Source: Planctomycetota bacterium
Lineage (GTDB): Bacteria > Planctomycetota > UBA11346
Assembly: GCA_038213805.1 (NCBI GenBank)
Contig: JBBQSO010000005.1
Span: 1 to 64,000 of the forward strand
DNA: 64,000 bases
Reading direction: 5' to 3'
Shown here piece after piece: positions 1 through 8,765 of the stretch (position 1 is the first letter of the stretch; every line of letters begins with the position of its first letter). The notes under the pieces are model-generated. The model did no database searches. It was not told the origin of the DNA and worked only from the letters and a program-made list of their open reading frames with translations. The position numbers and the translations under genes are program-made.

Positions 1-5
1 GCTTC

Positions 6-66
6 CTATCAGCTATCAGCTATCAGCTATCAGCTATCAGCTATCAGCTATCAGCTATCAGCTATC
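6..66. repeat. Tandem heptamer array (CTATCAG)x8 plus partial copy
   Basis: Eight exact copies at 6-61 plus CTATC, directly downstream of the minus-strand stop at 72; probably the right arm of an inverted-array element whose left arm lies before the window. Confidence 0.95.
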
Positions 67-71
67 CGGCA

Positions 72-845
72 TCAGCCCGTATCCAGCATCGCATCCAATA
101 CATTCCCCATCAGCCGCTCCGCGACCGCTAGCTGCTGCGGCATCAGCCGTTCCGTATCGGCGATCAGCGCCACTCCATCCGCCTGTCCGGTCGCGCAGCG
201 CACGTAGTCCAGATCATCGCGCACCCATCCGGCGATGGTCGGGGCATCGACCTCGGGATGGAACTGCACGCCGAAGGCGCGCCTGCCGAGGCGGAAGGCC
301 TGGCACGGCGTGAGCACGCTGGAGGCGAGGTGGATGGCGCCGGGTGGCAGTGCGAACGCGTCGCCGTGCCAGTGCAGGAAGCTTTCCTGGTCGGGCAGAC
401 CACGCAGGGTGGGCTCGCCGCTGGCCGTGGCGAAGCGCACGGGGAACCAGCCCACCTCGTAGGCACGTATACCGTCCGCGCGCAGGTTGGGGCCAACCTG
501 CGCGCCGGCGGCGTGCGCCAGCAACTGCGCACCGAGGCAGATGCCGAGCACCGGGTGGTCGACCGCCAGGGCGTGGCGCAGCAGCGTGACCTCAGCGGCC
601 AGGAACGGCCAGCGCGCATCGCCAAGGTCGGACACGCCCATGGGCCCGCCCATGACGATCAGCGGGCTGCCGTCGTCCGGCAGGTCGGGGACCTCGGCGC
701 CGCGGGTGAGGTCGACGAGTTCGCATGCCAAACCGCGCGCCGCCAGCAGGCCGGCCAGGCGGATGGGGCCTTCGGACTCGGCATGGATGAGCACGAGGGC
801 GCGCCGCGTGGTTTCGGCACCGGGACCAGGACCGCCGCCGATCAT
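72..845 (-). CDS. Class I glutamine amidotransferase (GMP synthase GATase-like)
   Basis: IVMGGPM, LGICLGAQ nucleophile elbow, WHGD, GVQFHPE; ATGA overlap with the upstream SDR stop. Confidence 0.9.
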   Translation of the reverse strand: MIGGGPGPGAETTRRALVLIHAESEGPIRLAGLLAARGLACELVDLTRGAEVPDLPDDGSPLIVMGGPMGVSDLGDARWPFLAAEVTLLRHALAVDHPVLGICLGAQLLAHAAGAQVGPNLRADGIRAYEVGWFPVRFATASGEPTLRGLPDQESFLHWHGDAFALPPGAIHLASSVLTPCQAFRLGRRAFGVQFHPEVDAPTIAGWVRDDLDYVRCATGQADGVALIADTERLMPQQLAVAERLMGNVLDAMLDTG

Positions 846-1636
846 ATCGTCGACACCATCTGCGCCCCATCCACGTAGATGGTCGTGCCGCTGATGAAGC
901 TGGCGCGTGCGCTGGCGAGAAAGGCGACGGCCGCCGCGAATTCCTCGGGGCGGCCGAAGCGGCCGGCGGGGATGCGCGCGATCATCTCGGCGCGGATCTG
1001 CTCCTCGGTGCGACCTTGGCGGCCGGCGTTGCTGGCCACCAGTTCATCGATGCGTTCAGTACCGACGATGCCGGGCGCGACGCAGTTGACGGTGATGCGC
1101 TCTGGTCCGAGCTCCTTCGCCAGGGTTTTGGTCCAGCCGTGGATGGCCGGACGCAGCGCGTTGGAGAGCATCATGTTGGCCAGGGGCTCGCGAGCGCTGG
1201 CGGAAGTGATGGTGATGATGCGCCCGCCCTGGCCGTGCGCGCGCAACAGCGGCAGGAAGGCCTTGGTGGTGCGCACCGCGTTCAGCAGCACCAGCTCGGT
1301 GGCCTTGGCGAAGGCGGTGTCGTCGAGCTGGTCGAAGGTGCCAGGGGGCGGTCCGCCGCCATTGTTGACCAACACATCGACGCGGCCGAGTTCGCGACCG
1401 ACGCGCGCGGCGAAGGCGATGATCGCCTCCGGCCGGGTCACATCGAGCGCCTCATGGAGCACCCGTCGACCGGTCGCGGCCGCGATCTCCGCTGCGGCCG
1501 CAGCGACCTTGGCCGGGTCGCGGCTGCAAATAGCGAGGTCGGCGCCCTCCTCGGCGAGCAGGCGGGCGCTGGCCTTGCCTAGGCCACGGCTGCCGGCCAT
1601 GACCACCGCGACCTTGCCGGAGAGACCGAGATCCAT
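842..1636 (-). CDS. SDR family oxidoreductase (FabG-like)
   Basis: MDLGLSGKVAVVMAGSRGLG, VDVLVNNGGGP, RIPAGRFGRPEEFA; AGGAG upstream of ATG 1636. Confidence 0.9.
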   Translation of the reverse strand: MDLGLSGKVAVVMAGSRGLGKASARLLAEEGADLAICSRDPAKVAAAAAEIAAATGRRVLHEALDVTRPEAIIAFAARVGRELGRVDVLVNNGGGPPPGTFDQLDDTAFAKATELVLLNAVRTTKAFLPLLRAHGQGGRIITITSASAREPLANMMLSNALRPAIHGWTKTLAKELGPERITVNCVAPGIVGTERIDELVASNAGRQGRTEEQIRAEMIARIPAGRFGRPEEFAAAVAFLASARASFISGTTIYVDGAQMVSTI

Positions 1637-1740
1637 GCGCGTGCTCCTGGTTGGCGGAGATTCACTGCCGCGCGGGGCGCAGGTCAACCGCTGGGGCGGT
1701 AAAGGCGAGGCAAGGGTCCCTGGTTTGGACGTGTGGGCCT

Positions 1741-1808
1741 TTCCTGGGACCGCGCGCCGCTGGCGCGCAGGCCGTGGAGAGCGCGCCAGCGGCGCGCGGT
1801 CCCAGGAA
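1741..1808. repeat. Perfect 28-bp inverted repeat with 12-nt loop (REP-doublet-like)
   Basis: TTCCTGGGACCGCGCGCCGCTGGCGCGC at 1741-1768 and its exact reverse complement at 1781-1808; each arm has an internal hairpin GCGCGCC-N3-GGCGCGC. Confidence 0.9.
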
Positions 1809-1906
1809 TGGTCCTCACGGGATGGGTGGAACTCCGAGGTGGATCTCCGCCGCATGCTGCGACCTCAATCGGTGGCGGGCGGCAGGCGGTCGGGTACGGT
1901 TCCGGC

Positions 1907-2770
1907 ATGCCGTCCCCAGCCACTCCGCTGTTCACCACACACGACCGCCTGTGGCGGGACAACCGCTACGTCTATCCGGTCATCAGCCGCCGCGCCAAGG
2001 GCCTGTCGATCGGCGTCAACCTCAACCCGGACATGGCCTGCAACTTCGACTGCGTCTATTGCAGTGTCGACCGCAGCGTGCCGGCCACGGTGCGGAGCGT
2101 CGATCTGGCGGTGGTGCGCACGGAATTGGACGCGCTGCTTACCCTGGCCGTGGGCGGCGGCATCTGGACGGTGCCGCCCTTTGACCGCACCCCACCCGAG
2201 CTGCGCCGCCTGAACGACATCGCCTTCAGCGGGGACGGCGAACCCACCGCCGCGGTGGAATTCCCGGCCGCCTGCCGGTTAGCGGACGAGCTGCTGCGCT
2301 GGCACGGGGCGGCGGCGAAGATCGTGGTGATCACCAACGCCACGTTGCTGCAGCGGCCCGAGACAGCCGCGGCGCTGGCTTTCCTCGATGGCGTGCCGAG
2401 CGAGATCTGGGCGAAGCTGGACGCCGGCACCGAGGACTACTACCAGCTCGTCGACCGCAGCAAGGTGGCGTTGGCGCGCGTACTCGACAACCTGCTCGCC
2501 GCCGGGCGGCTGCGGCCGATCGTCATCCAGTCGCTGTTCATGCGCCTCGCTGGTCTCGGTCCCGCAGCGGCGGAGATCGACGCCTATTGCGCGCGATTGA
2601 GCGTGCTGATCGCCGGCGGCTGCCAACTCCGGCTCGTGCAGGTCTACACCACGGCGCGCGCCACGGCGGAAAGCTTCGTCACGGCGCTGCCAGCCGCAGA
2701 GGTGGACGCCATCGCTGCGCGGGTGCGCGCGCTGGGCATCGCCGCCGAGGCCTACTACGGCCCGGGCTGA
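1907..2770 (+). CDS. Radical SAM protein (TYW1-related COG0731-like Fe-S oxidoreductase)
   Basis: YVYPVISRRAKGLSIGVNLNP, CNFDCVYC cluster motif, FSGDGEPT, ITNATLL, AKLDAG. Confidence 0.85.
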   Translation: MPSPATPLFTTHDRLWRDNRYVYPVISRRAKGLSIGVNLNPDMACNFDCVYCSVDRSVPATVRSVDLAVVRTELDALLTLAVGGGIWTVPPFDRTPPELRRLNDIAFSGDGEPTAAVEFPAACRLADELLRWHGAAAKIVVITNATLLQRPETAAALAFLDGVPSEIWAKLDAGTEDYYQLVDRSKVALARVLDNLLAAGRLRPIVIQSLFMRLAGLGPAAAEIDAYCARLSVLIAGGCQLRLVQVYTTARATAESFVTALPAAEVDAIAARVRALGIAAEAYYGPG

Positions 2771-2928
2771 ACGCCTTGCGCCTTCGGCTTGGTCTTGATC
2801 GCGGGGCATTCCACGCAGCCGCAGCCGGTCTTGCGTCCGCGCATGATGCGCCAGCTGCGCAGGCCGATCCAGCCGACGGCGAACAAGACGATGGCGGCGG
2901 CGAGCAGGTTCTGCGCGAGTGGGCTCAT
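2755..2928 (-). CDS. FeoB-associated Cys-rich membrane protein (57 aa)
   Basis: One TM helix then GCGCVECP; GGAGG RBS; directly downstream of feoB; overlaps the convergent radical SAM gene end by 16 nt. Confidence 0.8.
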   Translation of the reverse strand: MSPLAQNLLAAAIVLFAVGWIGLRSWRIMRGRKTGCGCVECPAIKTKPKAQGVQPGP

Positions 2929-2954
2929 GGCGGATCCTCCGGCGGCTCTCTTGG

Positions 2955-5153
2955 CTAAGGGTACAGCCGCGTGCCGATCTGGTAGACGAGCAATGCCCCA
3001 GCATAGGCCAGGGCGTTCATGTACACCAGCTGGAACAGTGGCCACCCCCACCCGCCGGTCTCGCGGCGGACCACCGCCAGGGTGCTCATGCACTGCATGG
3101 CGAGCACGAACCACACCAGCAGGCTGATCGCGACCACGGGCGTCCACACCGGCTTGCCGTCGGCGCGGCGGTCGGCCTTCAGGGCCTCGTGCAGCGGCAG
3201 CGCATCCTCCTCGACCTCGCCGACGCTGTAGACGATGCCCAGGGTGCTGACGAAGACCTCGCGCGCGGCGAAGGCGCCGACCAGGCCGACGCCGATCTTC
3301 CAGTCGAAGCCGAGGGGCGCGATGGCAGGTTCCATGAGGTGGCCGACGCGGCCGGCGACGCTGTGCTCGAGCTGGGCGCTGGCGATGGCGTGCGCGCTGG
3401 CCGACTGCGCGTCAGCCTCGGCCCGTTGGCGCTGCTCCGGCGTGGCGTCGGACGGCACCACGGCGGCGGGCTGCGCCTGGCGGATCGCGACGATACGCTC
3501 GTCCGACAGGCGTGGGAAATAGGCCAGCGCCCACAGCAGGATGCTCAGGCAGAAGATGGTGGTGCCGGCCTTGGTCAGGAACTTGCTCGTGTTGGTCCAC
3601 ACCTGGCGCGCCACCTCGCCGGCCTGCGGGATCTTGTAGCTGGGCATCTCGAGGATGAAGGGCGTGACCTCGCCACGGCCGAGGAAGCGCTTGCCGATCC
3701 AGGCGGTGGCCGCAGCGGCGACGATGCCGAGCGCGTAGCAGCCGAGCAGGATGCCACCCTGCACCAATGGCCCCTGCGCGGCGAAGAAGGTACCGATGAC
3801 CAGCGCGTAGACCGGCAGGCGCGCGCTGCACGACATGAACGGCGCGATCAAAATGGTGGCGAGGCGCTCGCGCCGGCTGTCGATGGTGCGCGTCGCCAGG
3901 ATTCCGGGAATGGCGCAGGCGAAGGATGACAGCAGCGGGATGAAGCTCTTGCCGTGCAGCCCGATCTTGGAGAGCAGGCGGTCCATCAGGAAGGCGGCGC
4001 GCGCCAGATAGCCGCTGTCCTCGAGCGCGGAGAGGAACAGGAAAAGGAGCGCGATCTGCGGGACGAACACCACCACGGAACCGACGCCTTTGATCACGCC
4101 GTCCGCGAGCAGCGAGCGCAGTGGTCCCTCCGCCAGGCCGCCGATGAGCAGCGCGCCGAGCCGGGTGATGCCGTCCTGCAGCGCGTCCATGATCGGCTTG
4201 GCCGCCCAGAAGATGGTGACGAAGAGGCTGGCCATGATCGCGGTGAAGATCACCAGGCCGGCGACGCGGTGCACCAGTACCGCGTCGACGCGCTCGGTGA
4301 GGCTGCGGCGACCCGCTTCGGGCGTGGCGGCCACGGTCGCGGCGACGAGCGCGTCGATCCAGTGGTAGCGCGCCTCGATGTCGGTCTGCACCACGTCGCG
4401 CCCGGCGAGGCGCCCGCGCGCGGCCGCGAGCGCGGCGGAGACACCGTCCAAGCCGCGGGATGCGGCGAGGTCCGCGCCATCCTCACCGGCCAACAGGCGC
4501 AGCGCGGTCGCTGTGGCGTTGGTTTCCGGTGCCGCGTCCGCGACCACTGCGGCGAGCGCCGCGACCTCAGCGGCCAGCGGATCGGGCAGCCGCCAAGCGG
4601 GTGCGGCCGGGCGGGTGGCCGAGATGATTGCCGCCTTCAGCGCGTCGAAGCCGCGGCGGCGGTGGCCGATCAGCGGCACCACGGCGATCCCCAGGCGCGC
4701 CGCCAGCGCGGCGGCGTCGACCGCCACGCCACGGCGCGCGGCGATATCAGTCATGTTCAGCGCCACCACCATGGGGTGGTCGAGCTCGATGAGCTGGCTG
4801 ACCAGGTAGAGGTTGCGCGCCAGGTTGCTGGCGTCGACCACTGCCACGATCACGTCGGGCAGGGGGGTGTCGGCGCGCAGGCCGCGCAGCACCTGCATCG
4901 CGACCACCTCATCCGGCGAGTGTGGGACCAGGCTGTAGGTGCCGGGCAGGTCGACGATGTCGACGACCCGGCCATCGGGCATCGGACAGCGACCGGTCTT
5001 CTTCTCGACGGTGATGCCCGGGTAGTTGGCGACCTTCTGGCGCAGGCCGGTCAGGCCGTTGAAGACCGTGGTCTTGCCGCTGTTGGGATTGCCGGCGAGG
5101 GCGACGGTCAGCGTGCCGGTGTTCAGCGACACGGGGGCGGCGGCGGCTGGCAT
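2955..5153 (-). CDS. feoB: Ferrous iron transport protein B
   Basis: GNPNSGKT, VANYPGITVE, DLPGTYSL, NMTD GTPase motifs; PFMSCSARLPVY membrane motif. Confidence 0.97.
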   Translation of the reverse strand: MPAAAAPVSLNTGTLTVALAGNPNSGKTTVFNGLTGLRQKVANYPGITVEKKTGRCPMPDGRVVDIVDLPGTYSLVPHSPDEVVAMQVLRGLRADTPLPDVIVAVVDASNLARNLYLVSQLIELDHPMVVALNMTDIAARRGVAVDAAALAARLGIAVVPLIGHRRRGFDALKAAIISATRPAAPAWRLPDPLAAEVAALAAVVADAAPETNATATALRLLAGEDGADLAASRGLDGVSAALAAARGRLAGRDVVQTDIEARYHWIDALVAATVAATPEAGRRSLTERVDAVLVHRVAGLVIFTAIMASLFVTIFWAAKPIMDALQDGITRLGALLIGGLAEGPLRSLLADGVIKGVGSVVVFVPQIALLFLFLSALEDSGYLARAAFLMDRLLSKIGLHGKSFIPLLSSFACAIPGILATRTIDSRRERLATILIAPFMSCSARLPVYALVIGTFFAAQGPLVQGGILLGCYALGIVAAAATAWIGKRFLGRGEVTPFILEMPSYKIPQAGEVARQVWTNTSKFLTKAGTTIFCLSILLWALAYFPRLSDERIVAIRQAQPAAVVPSDATPEQRQRAEADAQSASAHAIASAQLEHSVAGRVGHLMEPAIAPLGFDWKIGVGLVGAFAAREVFVSTLGIVYSVGEVEEDALPLHEALKADRRADGKPVWTPVVAISLLVWFVLAMQCMSTLAVVRRETGGWGWPLFQLVYMNALAYAGALLVYQIGTRLYP

Positions 5154-5169
5154 AGGGGGGTCCGTGCGC

Positions 5170-5445
5170 TTAGGCGCTGGCGCGCAGCGCGTCGCCGCCC
5201 AGCACCGCCACCAGGATCAGCGCAGCCTGGTCCCGGCGCAGGCTGAGCAGGTAGCCGCGCAGGCGCAGCTCCACCGGATCGCCGAGCGGCGCGCGGCGCA
5301 GCACCGCGACTTCCACTCCGGTGCACAGACCCATCTCGAGCAGGCGCCGACGGATGCCGTCCTCGCCCGCAACCGCCATCACCCGGCAGAGGCTGCCCGG
5401 TGCGAGGGTGGCGAGGGGGACCAGGGAAGGCAGGGGGGCGTTCAT
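5170..5445 (-). CDS. feoA: Ferrous iron transport protein A
   Basis: RRRLLEMGL, RRAPLGDPVELRLRGYLLSLRRDQA; upstream of feoB. Confidence 0.93.
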   Translation of the reverse strand: MNAPLPSLVPLATLAPGSLCRVMAVAGEDGIRRRLLEMGLCTGVEVAVLRRAPLGDPVELRLRGYLLSLRRDQAALILVAVLGGDALRASA

Positions 5446-5467
5446 GGACTGGTTGGGGAGTTTCCCA

Positions 5468-5490
5468 TAAATGAGAATGAATTGCAATTA
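5468..5490. promoter_or_regulatory. Putative Fur-type iron box upstream of feoAB
   Basis: AT-rich AAATGAGAATGAATTGCAATTA; the core TGAGAAT-G-AATTGCA resembles the Fur 7-1-7 repeat TGATAAT-N-ATTATCA, about 25 bp upstream of feoA. Confidence 0.65.
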
Positions 5491-5645
5491 GAAAGGGAGG
5501 CAGGTTGGGAACCGCGCTGAGTGCCAGACCCGCGAGTCCAGGTGTAGAGATCGATGCGGGACGGGTTCCGTGCGGGGCAGACCAATACTGGAAATCAGGT
5601 CCTAACACTTTGCAGAAAAGCAGGATACATCGCTGATCTCCGCGC

Positions 5646-6470
5646 TCAGCCCGGGCGCGAACGCATGAGCTCCACCAGCTCTGCATGCGCTTGCGGACCA
5701 GCAACCAGGAAGGGGGTCTTGCCGCCGGAGTAGTTGGTCAGGTCGAAGGGGAAGAGCTGGGAGCCGTCAGGCCGGGTGACCATGCCGCCAGCCTCCAGGA
5801 CGATGGCGGCAGCGGCGGCGATGTCCCACAGCTTGCAGTGGATGGTGATCGCGCCGTGGGCGATGCCGGCGGCTACGGTCACCGCCTCGAGCGCGGCGGA
5901 ACCGATGACGCGCACCTTCAGCCGGGTCTGGCCGTGGAAGGCGGACGCCCACGTGGGCAGGTGGCCATCCGCGTCGAGCAGGTTGCTGGTGAGCATGAGC
6001 ACGGCGCGCTCGCTGAGGGGTGTCGCCGGGGCGTGGAGCGCGACGTCGTCGCGCCATGCGCCGTGGCCTTGTTCGGCCGCGTAGGCCTGGTCGCGCACGA
6101 TGTCGTAGACCACGCCCAGCACCGGCTCGCCCCCGTCGAGCAGGCCGATGCAGACTGCGAAGTGGCTGAAGCCACTGACGAAGTTGTTGGTCCCGTCGAT
6201 CGGATCGATGACCCAGGTGCGATTCCCGGCGCGCGGGCGCTCGTGGGTGATGGCCGAGCCGTCGTCGTTCTCCTCGCCGATCACGCCGTCGTCGGGGAAG
6301 CGCGCGCGCAGCGCGGCGACGATGTGGCGCTGCACCGCGCGGTCGGCGACCGTCACGGCCTCCTCCCCGCGCTTGGTGAGGCGTTCGACGCTGCCGAAAT
6401 GCGCGCGGGCGATGGCGCCGGCGGCGCGTGCGAGGGCTATGGTGGCGGTGAGGGTCGCGGAGTTGGGCAT
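5646..6470 (-). CDS. Inositol monophosphatase family protein (SuhB-like)
   Basis: VTVAD, IGEE, WVIDPIDGTNNF, GSAAL, WDIAAA. Confidence 0.92.
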   Translation of the reverse strand: MPNSATLTATIALARAAGAIARAHFGSVERLTKRGEEAVTVADRAVQRHIVAALRARFPDDGVIGEENDDGSAITHERPRAGNRTWVIDPIDGTNNFVSGFSHFAVCIGLLDGGEPVLGVVYDIVRDQAYAAEQGHGAWRDDVALHAPATPLSERAVLMLTSNLLDADGHLPTWASAFHGQTRLKVRVIGSAALEAVTVAAGIAHGAITIHCKLWDIAAAAAIVLEAGGMVTRPDGSQLFPFDLTNYSGGKTPFLVAGPQAHAELVELMRSRPG

Positions 6471-6587
6471 GGGGGCTGGGTCGAGCGGGGGATGGAGGGG
6501 CGATGTGCGCAGGGCGAGCGGATCAGGGGTGATGGGGGAATGCAAGGGTCGGGGTGAGCGCGGCGCGTGCCCGAGGCTGGCCCGCGT

Positions 6588-7427
6588 CTAGAACGTCACG
6601 CCCAAAGCCATGGTCAGACTCGCGGCCGGCGCAGTGCTGCCATCGGCCTGCACGGCATTGGTCATGGCGTCGGCCTGAGCCGACAGCAGCAGGTGGTCGC
6701 TGAAGCGCCACGTGGTTTCGAGCGTGACGGCGGCCCCGCCGATCGTGCGACCTGCGGTGGTAGTGGTCTGGTGATCGATGGCCAGGGCGAACGACCAGGG
6801 ATCCTCCTGGACGGTGCGGGCCAGTGGGCCACCCGGCCAGCGCAGGCACAGCCCGACGCGGGCGCTGTGCGCCGTCTCCTCGCCATCGTAAGACGCGTGG
6901 ACGATGAGCAGCATGCCCTCGAAGTGGGTGATGGTCCCACGTTCGCTGCTGTGGCCGAGCTCGCCCCAGACGCCGATCGGTCCGCCGGCGAGGCTGCCGA
7001 GGAGGTTGCCACCCACCGCCGCTACGGCGCGGCCGGCGCGTTCGGCGAGCGGATCGGTGCCCGCGCGCAGATAGACGCCGCGGCGGAAGCAGGAAGGACC
7101 GAACATGCCCGCGTCCCAGCCATGCTGGGTCTCGGCGTAACCGAGCACGGCTTCGCCGTCGACCAGGCTCTCGCGGCGGGTGCGCACCACGCCGCCGGCC
7201 AGGCGCCGCGCCGGCGCGCCGAGCACCCAGCCCTGGAGGTACGGCGCGATGCGGTTTTCGACCAGCGGCAGGTGCTCATCCGCCACCAGCTGCTCATGGT
7301 CGGCGGTGAGCGGAGACCACGCCGCCAATGCGGCGGCGGGATCTGCTGCGCTGGCAGGCACCATGCAGGTCGCGCCAAGTGCTGCGGCGCAGGCCAGGGC
7401 CAGTCGGGGAGAGGCGGCGCGGCTCAT
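6588..7427 (-). CDS. Hypothetical secreted protein, possible outer-membrane beta-barrel
   Basis: N-terminal signal peptide, alternating beta-strand-like C-terminal half, terminal LTMALGVTF (C-terminal Phe); ATGA coupling with the upstream gene. Confidence 0.55.
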   Translation of the reverse strand: MSRAASPRLALACAAALGATCMVPASAADPAAALAAWSPLTADHEQLVADEHLPLVENRIAPYLQGWVLGAPARRLAGGVVRTRRESLVDGEAVLGYAETQHGWDAGMFGPSCFRRGVYLRAGTDPLAERAGRAVAAVGGNLLGSLAGGPIGVWGELGHSSERGTITHFEGMLLIVHASYDGEETAHSARVGLCLRWPGGPLARTVQEDPWSFALAIDHQTTTTAGRTIGGAAVTLETTWRFSDHLLLSAQADAMTNAVQADGSTAPAASLTMALGVTF

Positions 7428-8491
7428 GGTGATCCGGCGAGACCAGCGAGCCAGGCACGGCCGCCGCCCGCGAGCCAGGCCCCGGCCTCGACCATTCCGC
7501 GCGCATCGGGAACGGTCGGCAGCGCCGCGGCCCCCGGCACCGCGCAGCTGCGCAGCAGTGCAGCGCTGGTGGCCGAAATAAGCACAGATCCGGATTCAGC
7601 CGTAGCGAGCGCGGCGAGTTCGCGGAGCGCCGACTCCTCGGCCAAGGCGCGGCGGTAGGCGCCGTCGAGAAGTTGCGGATCGGTGCCGAGACGCAGCAGG
7701 GGATCGACCAGGGTGTAGGGATCGGCATGGGTGGCCGAGGCCTGGATGAGGACGCGCGTGGCCACTGCCAGGAGCACCGGCTCCAGCAGTTTCGGAATGC
7801 AGCGTGCCAGCCCGGCGCGCAGCCGTCCGTCCAGACGCGCGCGGTCGAGCGGCGTGCGCGTCAGGTGTAGGAATAAGTGGATCGCGGCCGGTTCGTCGAC
7901 CTGCGCCGGCAATGAGTGGTGATTCCGGAAGAGTGGTGTGGCGGTTGCGGTCGGTTGCTCAGGCCCATGGCGGAGCAGCTCGCAGTACGCGCTCTCCGCC
8001 GCCTCGCCCTGCAGCTGCGCGGGCAGGGCCGATTCCGGCAGCACCTGCCAGCCGCGCGCCGGTCCGGCGTCCGGAGCGAGGAGGTGGAGCACGCGTAGCG
8101 CCTCCCAGGGATAGTCCCAGGTCGGCACCTGCTCGTGGGTGCGGAAATCGCTGTGCTGCTCGATGCGCACCCACCAGCCGTGCGCGGACCAGCGCACCAC
8201 GGCGAGGTTGTCGTGCAGGGAGCCGAGCAGTTCGTCGGGGCGCGTGCTCTCGGCCACCGTCCAACCGAGCACCTGCAGCGCCAGACGGGCACGCGCGGCC
8301 GGATGCTCGCCGGGTGCCATCTCCAGGCGCTGTCCGCCACCCGTCAGCCAGGGACCGGAGGCAGGTGACGGCGAAGGCGGACGTGGTGCGCGCGTGCCCG
8401 GTCCCAGGAAGCACGCGGGAAACACTGCGAAGCCGAGGACGGCGCAAACGCCAGTCAACACGGAGAGGAGCCGTGGACTGCTGGGTCTCAA
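7424..8491 (-). CDS. Hypothetical protein, probable lipoprotein
   Basis: TTG at 8491 overlaps the upstream stop (TTGA), giving MRPSSPRLLSVLTGVCAVLGFAVFPAC: basic N-region, hydrophobic core, lipobox-like PAC. Confidence 0.55.
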   Translation of the reverse strand: MRPSSPRLLSVLTGVCAVLGFAVFPACFLGPGTRAPRPPSPSPASGPWLTGGGQRLEMAPGEHPAARARLALQVLGWTVAESTRPDELLGSLHDNLAVVRWSAHGWWVRIEQHSDFRTHEQVPTWDYPWEALRVLHLLAPDAGPARGWQVLPESALPAQLQGEAAESAYCELLRHGPEQPTATATPLFRNHHSLPAQVDEPAAIHLFLHLTRTPLDRARLDGRLRAGLARCIPKLLEPVLLAVATRVLIQASATHADPYTLVDPLLRLGTDPQLLDGAYRRALAEESALRELAALATAESGSVLISATSAALLRSCAVPGAAALPTVPDARGMVEAGAWLAGGGRAWLAGLAGSP

Positions 8492-8688
8492 TGGAAGCCG
8501 CCGGAACCTGAGAACACCATCACGTAGCACGTGCCGATGCCGAAGGCGAGGAGTCCAAGCAGCACGATGACAATCCACAGGATCACCTTGCCCACCGTGG
8601 AGACCTTGCCGAGCTGCCCGGCCAGGGCGATGGCTCCGGCCAGGGCCGCGAGGGCGATGAGGCCAGGAATAAGCAGTGCGAAAATCAT
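8488..8688 (-). CDS. Small two-TM membrane protein (66 aa) with LLAFGIGTC motif
   Basis: Two hydrophobic helices separated by QLGKVSTVGK, single Cys after the second helix; follows an AT-rich promoter-like tract. Confidence 0.7.
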   Translation of the reverse strand: MIFALLIPGLIALAALAGAIALAGQLGKVSTVGKVILWIVIVLLGLLAFGIGTCYVMVFSGSGGFH

Positions 8689-8694
8689 GGAGCT

Positions 8695-8740
8695 GACATC
8701 ATACAATTAGTTATCAAATGTAAATATACACTTGCCACGC
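8695..8740. promoter_or_regulatory. AT-rich divergent promoter region
   Basis: ATACAATTAGTTATCAAATGTAAATATACACTTG between divergent genes in a very GC-rich background. Confidence 0.5.
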
Positions 8741-8765
8741 GTCCCCGCCGGACATGGTCGGGCGC

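Noticed and set aside
6..66. Tandem repeats as a CRISPR array
   Set aside because: Units of 7-8 bp with no unique spacers, and no cas genes in the window.
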